The translations under genes were made by a program, and so were the position numbers. Shown here piece after piece: positions 16,501 to 22,962 of a stretch of 64,000 nucleotides of DNA. The number at the start of each line of letters is the position of its first letter. Position 1 is the first letter of the stretch. The DNA comes from an uncultured Clostridia bacterium (lineage in GTDB: Bacteria; Bacillota; Clostridia; Christensenellales; UBA1242), in assembly GCA_947629745.1 (NCBI GenBank), contig CANREZ010000002.1:210-64209 (forward strand). Reading direction: 5' to 3'. The notes under the pieces were generated by a model. That model worked only from the letters and a program-made list of their open reading frames with translations, ran no database searches and was not told the DNA's origin.

Positions 16501-19245
16501 TTCAATAGAGCAGATACTATAGATATTAGTTCTGTGACAATTGATGGGCAGAAGTTAAGATGGACCGGCGTGGACTATGCAACTGCATACGAAGTGAGTG
16601 TGAGCGGTGTCAATGTGGGCGAGTTAACACACGTTGATGATGATAACCCATTAGACACTGAGATTGACTTGACGGAGTTCCCAGGTGGTATGTATCAAGT
16701 GGGTATTCGCGCTACATCATCTGCACAGCCAGTGGATTCAGAAAAACAACTCCTGCTTGGTCAATACGCTTATGTGACTATCACGAAGTACGACGCACCA
16801 GAGATTAGACTAAAAGACGGTCAATTGTATTGGGGCGTGGAAGACACCATGATTGCTAAGAACACTAGCCATGTGGAAGTGAAAGACGAGAGTGGCACTG
16901 TGATATATTCTAAAGACTTAGAGAGTGCTACATTCGACTTTGCAACTGAGATGACAAATGACGATACAGTGTTTGACCCAGGCACATACACAGTGGCAGT
17001 AAGCATACTAGCAACTCCTGGCACAAAGGATATGACTAGCCCAATTGAGGAGATTGAGGTAAATTACTTAGGTGCACCAACTGTGGATACTGTAAGGGAG
17101 ACACTAGATAATACTCCAGCAGTGAAGGTGACAGTAGAGCAGCACGCTAGCGGATACAGATTCACTTGTGTGACGCATACAGCGGATGACACTGAGTCTA
17201 CAATGTTCCTATACGATGTGTATTTGACAAGGACAGAAGAGCTAAGAGTCGACCGTGTGGCTGTGACTGAATACTACTACGATATAGAAAACGAGCAGTT
17301 TGTCTTAAGAGCTGATCAATATGATCTACAAGACTTTAATGAAAAAGTATACATTGGTGAAGATCAATGCCTATACTTCTACACCAAGAATGTAACCTTG
17401 CCAGTAGGTGGCAGTGACTTTGAGATAACAGTCCGTGCAATTGGTGGCGAGATGGAGGAAGTCACATACGTTTCGGGCAAACCAGCAGAGACTATCTACA
17501 TCACCACTCCAACCCAGCCTAAGAGTGTGAACGTAAATGCACAAACAGGTATGGTCACATGGACTAATGACAAACAAGGATTCTACTCACATATTAGATA
17601 CACTATCAAGCAGACATTAACGAATGATTATACAATAGAGACCCTTGCTAAGAGATTTGCTAAGTTTGAGAACAAGACTATCTACAAACTAGCAAGTGAC
17701 AACCACAGAGTTGTATATAGCGCAGACGCAGACAATGCAAGTGAGTTTACTGCAAACACCGAAGTCTATATTGAGATAGAGGAAGCACTAGATCAGAATG
17801 TACAACAATTTAGATTGAAGACTATTGGCTCATACAGCAATATCTACATCTTCAATATGTCTAGCACGGGTGAGATCTCGGAGAATTCAGATATCTATTC
17901 AGCCGAGTTTAGACCATTTGAGTCTGGTGATGGTACGACCGAGTATCCATATATCATCAAGACTAGTGATCATATGAATAGGCTAAATGTATTTGGTACT
18001 GAGAATTATCAATACAAAGTCGAGGCAGAGAGCTTAACTATCGCAATGTTTACTACAATTAGCACGTTCAATGGAACTATAGACTTTGGCACATCGAAGA
18101 TTACTTATTCGGCAAGTAATGCATTTATAGAAAACCTTGCAGGCAAAGTATATTCAAGCGATAAATCTGCTGAAATTACAATTAGCAGTAATATCAATTA
18201 CTTCATCCATAGCATTGCCCATGGTGGGAATTTGAGCGATATTAAGTTCGTCCTATCATCAGTAAATAAGACTATATCTAGTGGCACAACGGGTGTGTCG
18301 TTAATCACTACAAACAATGGCACAATCAGTGGACTGGATATAAGCGTTGGTGAGATGAATTACACTATCCAAAATAGCGGTTATGTCGCACTACTTGTTG
18401 GCACGAATGATGGCCAGGTGAGCGATATCAATATCCATGCAATTGAGAATACTGGCAAGATAAGGGTCACTACACAGGCTGCAAGTTACATCTCCGCAGT
18501 GGCATACAGGAATGGTTCTAACGGAACTATGAGGAATATAAAAGTAACGTTAGATATAGAAGTAGATGAGACGAATAATTCTATCAGCTACGTCTCCACA
18601 CTTGCTACCTACAACCATGGAAGTATTACATTAGCTATCGTGAAGAGTAACTTAACCAGTAAACACAGCAGCTTGTCTGGTGGTGTGAACTGGAACTTAG
18701 GTTCACTCGACCAAGTGTCCTATCAAGGTAAGTTGACTATTACCGAATCAAGTAACAATAGCATCTACGCAGTGGGATTAGTTGGCATTATGACAGATAG
18801 CCTAAATATTGGTGGATCTAGTTATCAGTCAAATAGTGTGACGGTATCCAATTGTTACACCATTATTGAATCAGTGAATATTACAAGCGGCCGTGCAACG
18901 GTGGCAGGACTCATCGGCTCAACCAATGTGAAGAGCACATTCAAGGTCGAGAACTCCTACACAATAATTGCATCAATTAGTACAAATGGAAGTCTCACAG
19001 TAGGATTAGTGACAGGTAATCCAAATACAAATAACAATTACACCAATGTCTATTACTTAGCAGTGAATGGATACAATGCTACGTCAGGCACAACGGGTAT
19101 AACCGGTGCAAGCAGCACAGATGCATTCACTACACAGAATGGAAATGCTATAACTCTTGGAGATAAATTCAAGAGTACTAAGACGCAGATTACATTTGAT
19201 GAAAAGACTTACTATATCTATGAGTTTGCTGAGGTGACTGACTAG
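10513..19245 (+). CDS. Giant surface lipoprotein (2,910 aa): Big_2 domain, at least 18 FN3-like repeats, C-terminal GLUG-type beta-helix region
   Basis: Lipobox GFAGC. N-terminal TFTIKAIGEGTVTITVTT resembles Big_2. An ~85-90-aa repeat carries the signature W/F-x-A-V-x-G-A-x-x-Y (ISWDAVNNAQGYIV, ITWSAVEGAVSYNV, LTWAAVEGAAGYAL, LQWAPVEHANGYNV, LTWTDAENATEYLV, LRWTGVDYATAYEV and others). The C-terminal part starts GDGTTEYPYII and contains VALLVGTNDG, AVGLVGIM, VAGLIGST and TVGLVTGN. Confidence 0.9.
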   Translation: MKKWKGIILTSALLGTIGFAGCGCQNEIPDIDLPTNIVVQNETEVQEVLGLGQTRDITYRIIPDGLKPEYDDVRITFDKTGIVEFADGGGSDRIEGFDTFTIKAIGEGTVTITVTTRHRALSASITIEVVDIETLATPSISCDGTKISWDAVNNAQGYIVRVAKGNETPRTYQVDANTNTYTLPEDFRQDGVQYTASVRAIGDGKKYLASPYSAGYTFSFLPLVSDFTIDGTKFVFEPVDGATSYSVTINNNEHDVTFNTTDTTFDLVEKAGVTADRYTVRILPQNESANVFQSHQASEGEFTVNKLATVSNITTSVDATTISFDAVTGAEKYTYLFTQQGRDTTITKTSTNPSLEISSLEEITAGQWTVKIYPSSHTMVDGDSTEYSFEKLGEAGECTISNNQLTIAEGNITASKYRLTFVDTITGEKTYYTSTNRTVDILAALDSKSGKYELYIALAGTDGEQQVTGNDSETALEFTILALPTVTKYTNNHNLSSDTYTHGHETITWSAVEGAVSYNVYIKNGSGFECIGSVTANDSEEYSFELNEKFNTLLAGEYGIYVSAVGDGTDYLSSKTLKNEEVADYKITKLNNVQAETATFDETTNKLTWAAVEGAAGYALSFDGGKTYYQTSENAYYVTQNLSETTSVTIIALGYDSIGSDTSNWSANSNSGSLYTIKKLQKISTVNTSGGKLTFTDPNTSDSIAGLRYVISNDSRILAEFRDVEAAEGVITLDLDALNLDGGTYTIKLSVRGTGCLDSDETEVTIKVLNTIGNSTVTYSNDDTYKLNWDSIEGVTSYSFEGYYLDNGGNKHIIPTDVVNGILGNDHKLDATKLASGTYKYRLRAMGGTITETEYISSKWSEEFTFVVFPKVSVKTEDNKLVWNASTVGNLSADQYDIYMANGTGDEYKKVGTVSEGLEFDLAKVTEASEAGTYKFYVVPYGTLTDTVKGANSDVLTLTKSDKLSEVTVKSGVLTWTDDVDGENVTYLIFEGDTLLGTTAEKSILDIFDAGKEYTVKVVRRTVGQMDSVASDEISFTRLVAPANFVVANNVITFDAVENATGYRVTDVGSSGTWQINVGDDGKVTFDLRQYGITGAHHLQFVALGSETANGANYLNSAPSVAVGCSVLANHISLAITDGKLTWTAESGDISGYELHIYTKTGSGDEYSETTTKIFDSNTRTYDFQGLAGEYYVKILAKGNNLEIFDSVLTNDYFHVTKLATPQITLNLGSIKLVKDNNISGCKFTLYRGGEVLTTLADSESSYFDSTAMTGNVYAYSLVLTKDGCVSSDVSKALRVQYLDIVTGLRLVEGDNMNVTLQWAPVEHANGYNVYRVLDNGIHQLVTTVESGVTSIDVDLLANSQGHIVIQAIGGNVGYSDITDGDEAQGYCNGQYSAEIELFILAQVTDLKLTNGVLTWTDAENATEYLVRVYKVEGDGPRQLVASAFVAGTEYRFETEVDGEYCAEVYTIGDYSQGTGYISNKNPKILDHVFKHNVLEMDTVKMKNGLFTFDVSVNELKDVLSVLPETNKLSNKELGQVAETIFARFSEGTELTGEIVISGVHINVKDASDALYHLFYLDVAYDKIANFGDITTSYEYSYGNLARSVSSTDAGITVTFDFLLGEGYYNMMFCTSGNSGDEESTYKLYLAGNMTDNIKVYKALTPTPVQHGELQHYIIDGDVHFNRVYYTEDNEQKESGYVVEVRYTLSGRRYTREHEVTQEELKEAAGIVKLDTLVNEFNLPTATTLQISVRVKGSTGEINTDEIIISRGSLDVTSETKILPTPSVSVRGGHAEWIASGEASYQLVKIYNERNEILDERQLVPVISEVLGVTPESAPTYITNGGFRVSKDMTQFMTTALGAGTNYNISVQECGNNVDLIDSKVSANITFNILEETVKDFRYEGGNIIFSGKNSAQVTVYRVDTEGNLVAFNPIVLNRSDATTSGQGDGFYTFTFTMPSTFETYDAEGNKIDYKIGVRDYPAGISGSNLVSTEHMLDKTFNRADTIDISSVTIDGQKLRWTGVDYATAYEVSVSGVNVGELTHVDDDNPLDTEIDLTEFPGGMYQVGIRATSSAQPVDSEKQLLLGQYAYVTITKYDAPEIRLKDGQLYWGVEDTMIAKNTSHVEVKDESGTVIYSKDLESATFDFATEMTNDDTVFDPGTYTVAVSILATPGTKDMTSPIEEIEVNYLGAPTVDTVRETLDNTPAVKVTVEQHASGYRFTCVTHTADDTESTMFLYDVYLTRTEELRVDRVAVTEYYYDIENEQFVLRADQYDLQDFNEKVYIGEDQCLYFYTKNVTLPVGGSDFEITVRAIGGEMEEVTYVSGKPAETIYITTPTQPKSVNVNAQTGMVTWTNDKQGFYSHIRYTIKQTLTNDYTIETLAKRFAKFENKTIYKLASDNHRVVYSADADNASEFTANTEVYIEIEEALDQNVQQFRLKTIGSYSNIYIFNMSSTGEISENSDIYSAEFRPFESGDGTTEYPYIIKTSDHMNRLNVFGTENYQYKVEAESLTIAMFTTISTFNGTIDFGTSKITYSASNAFIENLAGKVYSSDKSAEITISSNINYFIHSIAHGGNLSDIKFVLSSVNKTISSGTTGVSLITTNNGTISGLDISVGEMNYTIQNSGYVALLVGTNDGQVSDINIHAIENTGKIRVTTQAASYISAVAYRNGSNGTMRNIKVTLDIEVDETNNSISYVSTLATYNHGSITLAIVKSNLTSKHSSLSGGVNWNLGSLDQVSYQGKLTITESSNNSIYAVGLVGIMTDSLNIGGSSYQSNSVTVSNCYTIIESVNITSGRATVAGLIGSTNVKSTFKVENSYTIIASISTNGSLTVGLVTGNPNTNNNYTNVYYLAVNGYNATSGTTGITGASSTDAFTTQNGNAITLGDKFKSTKTQITFDEKTYYIYEFAEVTD

Positions 19246-19256
19246 GCTAATAATAA

Positions 19257-19289
19257 AAGGCTCGCTACATAATGTGGCGAGTCTTTTTT
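19257..19289 (+). terminator. Intrinsic terminator after the giant lipoprotein gene
   Basis: GGCTCGC (19259-19265) pairs with GCGAGTC (19277-19283), followed by TTTTTT. Confidence 0.7.
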
Positions 19290-19321
19290 GGCAAAAATGA
19301 ATGCAACCTATAGCATAGTTT

Positions 19322-19351
19322 TTGCAAGTTTTGGTGCTTATTTGATATAAT
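19322..19351 (+). promoter_or_regulatory. Promoter of the signal peptidase gene
   Basis: TTGCAA, 18-nt spacer, TATAAT. AGGAGG RBS 5 nt before the ATG at 19370. Confidence 0.5.
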
Positions 19352-19369
19352 AAATTATAGGAGGCGGGC

Positions 19370-19834
19370 ATGTATACTAGGTCAAATGCGTTTATGTATT
19401 ATCTATCGAGCGTCGTAGCTAGCATTGTTATCTCGCTAGTGTTTACCTTTGGCATATCTCTGCTTGCGGGGTGCAGATATCTAAACGTCGTGACCGGCAG
19501 CATGTCACCGGCTCTCCCCGTAGGCTCGCTAATATGCGTGAATACCAATGTGGATCTTGAGGACCTAAAACCAGGGGATATAGTGACCGCGGGCAATACT
19601 TTGAAGGTCACACACAGGGTAGTATCTGTCGACCTTGAGGGCAGGACATTTACCACTCATGGGGATGCAAATGGCCCGTCAAATGAGACTTTCAAGGCAG
19701 AAGAACTGTATGGCAGGGTGATATACCACATACCGTATTTTGGCAAAGTAAAGACCTTCATGCAAAACCCAATAAATGTACTATGCCTTGTAGCCCTAAT
19801 AGGGGTTGTAGTATTTGGGTACAAATTTGTATAA
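19370..19834 (+). CDS. sipW: Signal peptidase I, SipW/archaeal-ER type (S26B)
   Basis: N-terminal TM, catalytic-Ser box VVTGSMSPAL, His box VTHRVV, THGDAN box and C-terminal TM. This matches the Ser-His S26B pattern of B. subtilis SipW. Confidence 0.8.
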   Translation: MYTRSNAFMYYLSSVVASIVISLVFTFGISLLAGCRYLNVVTGSMSPALPVGSLICVNTNVDLEDLKPGDIVTAGNTLKVTHRVVSVDLEGRTFTTHGDANGPSNETFKAEELYGRVIYHIPYFGKVKTFMQNPINVLCLVALIGVVVFGYKFV

Positions 19835-19895
19835 CTTGTTAAAATATTATGATAATTATCTCGCATATGATATAATATAAATAGAGGCGAAGAAA

Positions 19896-20459
19896 ATGAA
19901 TTTTGAAGATAAATTTACACAGATTTTAAAGGAAGGGGAAGTCATCAAGCGCACTTACAAGCCAAATAAATTCAAGTATTGGCTGAGCAACGGGCTTAGA
20001 TTATTCTTCCTACTTGTGATGCTACTAGGATTTGCATGGATAGCATCGATGACGGAAGTTGACGAGAATAATCCAGGGCATTTACAATTTAGCGCCATGA
20101 CGTTTGGCATATATGCAGGCATCATTGGACTAATTATAATCCTTGTGCTAGTATATCGCATATTCTTCTACAGGAATTTATATTACGGAGTCACCAACGA
20201 GCGTATTGTGATTAGAAAAGGTGTGTTTGGCACAGACTTTAAGTCACTGGATATGTCCATGATTGGTGCACAAAACGTCCATGTCACACTGCTAGATAAA
20301 ATCGCACGTCGCAATACGGGCAGTCTAGTATTCGGGTCAAATTCCTCACCAATTACCCCACAGGGTGGCACGTTTATGCTAAAGGATATCCTCGACCCAT
20401 ACAATGAGAGTAGATTTATCAAGTCTGTCATTGACGAGTATAGGGAAAATAACAAATAG
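19896..20459 (+). CDS. Membrane protein with bacterial PH domain (bPH_2, YdbS/YdbT-like)
   Basis: Two TM helices, then YYGVTNERIVIRKGVFGTDFKSLDMSMI, typical of PF03703. Confidence 0.65.
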   Translation: MNFEDKFTQILKEGEVIKRTYKPNKFKYWLSNGLRLFFLLVMLLGFAWIASMTEVDENNPGHLQFSAMTFGIYAGIIGLIIILVLVYRIFFYRNLYYGVTNERIVIRKGVFGTDFKSLDMSMIGAQNVHVTLLDKIARRNTGSLVFGSNSSPITPQGGTFMLKDILDPYNESRFIKSVIDEYRENNK

Positions 20460-20552
20460 ATTTGCTATGCCGATAGTCAACAAATATATAAGTAAAATTA
20501 TTAAGTAGGCAGTCAAAGTATCTTTATTTGGTAGATAATCTAAAAAGTAAAT

Positions 20553-20585
20553 AAAAAATGACAGTGTTATAACTGTCATTTTTTG
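20553..20585. terminator. Bidirectional intrinsic terminator
   Basis: AAAAAA-ATGACAGT-GTTATA-ACTGTCAT-TTTTT. Confidence 0.8.
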
Positions 20586-20739
20586 TTGTCGTCATTAATT
20601 GACTGATATTGTTAGTTATAATATTTTTTGTGTCAAAATTTCTCAATTGGTTGCAATTGCTAGTAATATTACTTTTTGTTAATTAGAAATATTATTTTGT
20701 TAATTAAAATAATACACTCAACTGTCATTAGTACTATTG

Positions 20740-21204
20740 TTATTTTTTATAACCTAAGATAGTACGCAGGCCAGATACTTTGCGTGCATCGTGGATATAT
20801 GGGATGCGCTCCTTTACGAAGTTCCTAGACCCGCGCTCCTCGTCAGGGTATCTAGGGATTAGTTGGAGGTGATAGTGATTCATAGGTCCATCACACATTG
20901 TGCATAGATACACGCTGCTGCACCTATAGACTGACCTGATGGCAAGCATCGTGCGCTTTGCTATGGACATCATATGATGTGTGAGGGTGATTGGTGCCTC
21001 CGACATATCCTTGTAGTGCTTGACGCTAGAGATTATAGTATGGCCCGCACATCGTGGGTTGCCACAGAGGAAGCACTCGACCAGATTGTCACGATAGATT
21101 ATCATCCGAGAGTTGTCACCAAATACACAGTGATTATGCGATCTATCATAGCACGTAGGGCATATCCCACTATCGGTCAATTCCTTTGCAGTAATCTTTC
21201 CCAT
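20740..21204 (-). CDS. HIT-superfamily nucleotide hydrolase/transferase-like protein with Cys-rich N-terminus
   Basis: NPRCAGHTIISSVKHY substrate-loop-like segment and NHYHLQLIPRY (an HxHxQ variant of the histidine triad). N-terminal CPTC...C...CFLC...C cluster. ATG at 21204 is preferred (RBS AAAGGTAGG). Confidence 0.6.
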   Translation of the reverse strand: MGKITAKELTDSGICPTCYDRSHNHCVFGDNSRMIIYRDNLVECFLCGNPRCAGHTIISSVKHYKDMSEAPITLTHHMMSIAKRTMLAIRSVYRCSSVYLCTMCDGPMNHYHLQLIPRYPDEERGSRNFVKERIPYIHDARKVSGLRTILGYKK

Positions 21205-21273
21205 ATTCACCTACCTTTACCTTATCTTACTACAAAATATTTTTTATTCAAATAATTTCCTATATAGTTTATA

Positions 21274-21308
21274 AAAAAGACTAAGCGGGCGGCTTAGTCT
21301 AATTTTTT
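21274..21308. terminator. Terminator hairpin, copy 1 of a direct repeat
   Basis: AAAAAGACTAAGC-GGGC-GGCTTAGTCTAATTTTTT. Identical to 22334-22367 at 32 of 34 positions, with both differences in the loop. Confidence 0.75.
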
Positions 21309-21320
21309 AAAATTTTATAA

Positions 21321-22232
21321 TTAATCTCTTCTTGTATCTTCCTTAATTGCGCGATAAAGTATTTTGCCGCCTGCATTACATATAGTGGCATTTGGGAATT
21401 CTTTCATTAAAAATAAAATAAATTCTTTGTTTTGTTCTTGTTTGCTAGACAATATGAATGCGGAAATATACTGGGAAGGTACAGCTATTGGAAGGTATGC
21501 GTATTCATCCCCCTCACGCATTGGACTAGATTTACATCTTAAGCTTCCTAAGGCTTGTTTTTGCGCTTCAGTATTTATTCCATTTGGATATTTATCTAAT
21601 CTATATGCATATTGTCTATTAGTAATAGGATCTATATAACCTGGACCCATTAGAATATGAGGTCTAACATTTGATATGTCAAATGCTAGAAGTTTTTGAA
21701 TGCCAGGGCTTGTTGAATCGATAACAATTCCTAATTCATTTATAGAAGTTATGTTTGTGTGATTATAAAAGGAATGTCTAGTCATTATAGAATCGTATTC
21801 TTCAGACACTGATCTTGTCTCAGCACATCTATGAAAACTGACCATATATGGCACTTCATTATCTAAACCTTGTAAATCGCCAACATTAAATGAAGCAATA
21901 CTTAATAACCCTTTTTCCTTAATGGAGAGCAATTTCTCATAATCAATTTCAACATTTCCATAGGTTATAGGCGACAGATGTATCAAAGTACCTGCAGGTA
22001 ATATCATTTCATTTTGTTTATTAACACTGTAATTAAATGGCGTAGTTTTATAATTATTAGCCTTAAAATACGCATCAGTTATACAATTTGTTATATTGTT
22101 TGCAAGTGTTTGATCGGTTAGAAACCTTAGTCCATCTGTTCTAAAACTCTTTATCCAATTATTGAGTGAAGGTTCACCAATCTCTTTTGGGATACCTCCC
22201 ATTGCTTTAATGTTAATTCCGCGAATTTTCAT
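21321..22232 (-). CDS. Hypothetical protein, compositionally atypical (AT-rich) cassette gene
   Basis: ORF track 21321..22250. ATG at 22232 follows AGGAGCAATTAT. No motif recognised. Hand-counted 60-nt samples give 30-33% GC, against 47% in the adjacent HIT gene. Confidence 0.6.
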   Translation of the reverse strand: MKIRGINIKAMGGIPKEIGEPSLNNWIKSFRTDGLRFLTDQTLANNITNCITDAYFKANNYKTTPFNYSVNKQNEMILPAGTLIHLSPITYGNVEIDYEKLLSIKEKGLLSIASFNVGDLQGLDNEVPYMVSFHRCAETRSVSEEYDSIMTRHSFYNHTNITSINELGIVIDSTSPGIQKLLAFDISNVRPHILMGPGYIDPITNRQYAYRLDKYPNGINTEAQKQALGSLRCKSSPMREGDEYAYLPIAVPSQYISAFILSSKQEQNKEFILFLMKEFPNATICNAGGKILYRAIKEDTRRD

Positions 22233-22333
22233 ATAATTGCTCCTATGCATATATTTTACTTCAAATTTTGCCAGTTGTCAATATCAAATATTTTCTTTAG
22301 CTTAAAATTTAATATATAAAGAAGAGAATAAGT

Positions 22334-22367
22334 AAAAAGACTAAGCGGTCTGCTTAGTCTAATTTTT
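22334..22367. terminator. Terminator hairpin, copy 2 of the direct repeat
   Basis: AAAAAGACTAAGC-GGTC-TGCTTAGTCTAATTTTT. Similarity extends about 35 nt further (tcttgtatyttcctt), matching the 3' end of the cassette gene. Confidence 0.75.
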
Positions 22368-22502
22368 AGTTAGTTATTATTTTCTTGTATTTTCCTTTCT
22401 GTCGTCTGGGATTGACTCCATTTGTATATTAGTCATATTGTAGATTATTTCTATATTTTTAGATTTAATTTTCCTAAGTGGAATATTCGAAAAATCGGTA
22501 TA

Positions 22503-22621
22503 TGGAGCTAGTGGTGCGGATCGTAAGGAACGAAGTGACGGAATAGCGAGAGAGATCTATCATAATAATTGATGAGTAATCAATATCGAGCGTCACATCA
22601 TTTCGTTATCCGCCCAGTGCG
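22503..22621. other. tRNA-Thr-derived fragments in inverted orientation forming a ~100-nt extended stem-loop
   Basis: 22503-22523 (tggagctagtggtgcggatcg) resembles the tRNA 3' end at 22674-22694. 22567-22585 (aattgatGAGtaatcaata) resembles the anticodon arm in the opposite orientation. 22601-22621 (tttcgttatccgcccagtgcg) resembles the T-loop and acceptor 3' strand. Helices: 22516-21/22608-13, 22529-34/22602-07, 22535-40/22591-96. Confidence 0.5.
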
Positions 22622-22673
22622 TGTAGATATGTGACAACGGAGGCACAATAGGGACATCCGGAGTCACATAAAG

Positions 22674-22749
22674 TGGAGCTACTGGGCGGATTCGAACCGC
22701 CGACCTATTGATTACGAATCAATTGCTCTACCAACTGAGCCACAGTAGC
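22674..22749 (-). tRNA. tRNA-Thr(CGT): tRNA-Thr (anticodon CGT), CCA encoded
   Basis: Minus strand: GCTACTG-TG-GCTC-AGTTGGTA-GAGC-A-ATTGA-TTCGTAA-TCAAT-AGGTC-GGCGG-TTCGAAT-CCGCC-CAGTAGC-T-CCA. This is a canonical cloverleaf. Confidence 0.93.
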
Positions 22750-22788
22750 ATACTTGTGACGAAAATATGCATATTCATCACATATAAA

Positions 22789-22817
22789 TATATACCATAA
22801 AACAGAACTTTTGACAA
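22789..22817 (-). promoter_or_regulatory. Possible promoter of tRNA-Thr
   Basis: Minus strand TTGTCA, 17-nt spacer, TATATA, about 35 nt upstream of the tRNA 5' end. Confidence 0.35.
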
Positions 22818-22852
22818 CATTATTTTAAAAGATATATTTGTAAATGGGATAA

Positions 22853-22880
22853 TAAAAAATCGCAAGGGGACTTGCGATTT
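22853..22880 (-). terminator. Intrinsic terminator of the ABC exporter operon
   Basis: Minus strand AATCGCAAG-TCCC-CTTGCGATT followed by TTTTTT. Confidence 0.75.
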
Positions 22881-22962
22881 ACTTTATTTAGATACTAAGT
22901 GCAGATTATCTAAAGATTGGAAGTTAGGCTTATTTTAAAATATATATCTACACTTACTAGTA

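Noticed and set aside
10584-19371. Many minus-strand ORFs (60-188 aa, for example 10708..11274) inside the 2,910-aa gene
   Set aside because: All are antisense to one continuous, domain-periodic 8.7-kb ORF. They have no RBS and low-complexity translations, and are consistent with codon-bias shadow ORFs.
21321-22232. ADP-ribosyltransferase toxin idea for the AT-rich ORF (SFHR... and ...DSTSPG resemble the R and S-T-S motifs)
   Set aside because: No downstream [QE]-x-E motif at the expected spacing and no other supporting features. The resemblance is too weak to call.
20580-22960. Prophage or integrative element at tRNA-Thr
   Set aside because: No integrase, recombinase or phage genes are present. 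Only a ~1-kb cassette and tRNA-derived fragments are visible, so I report these as separate modest observations instead.
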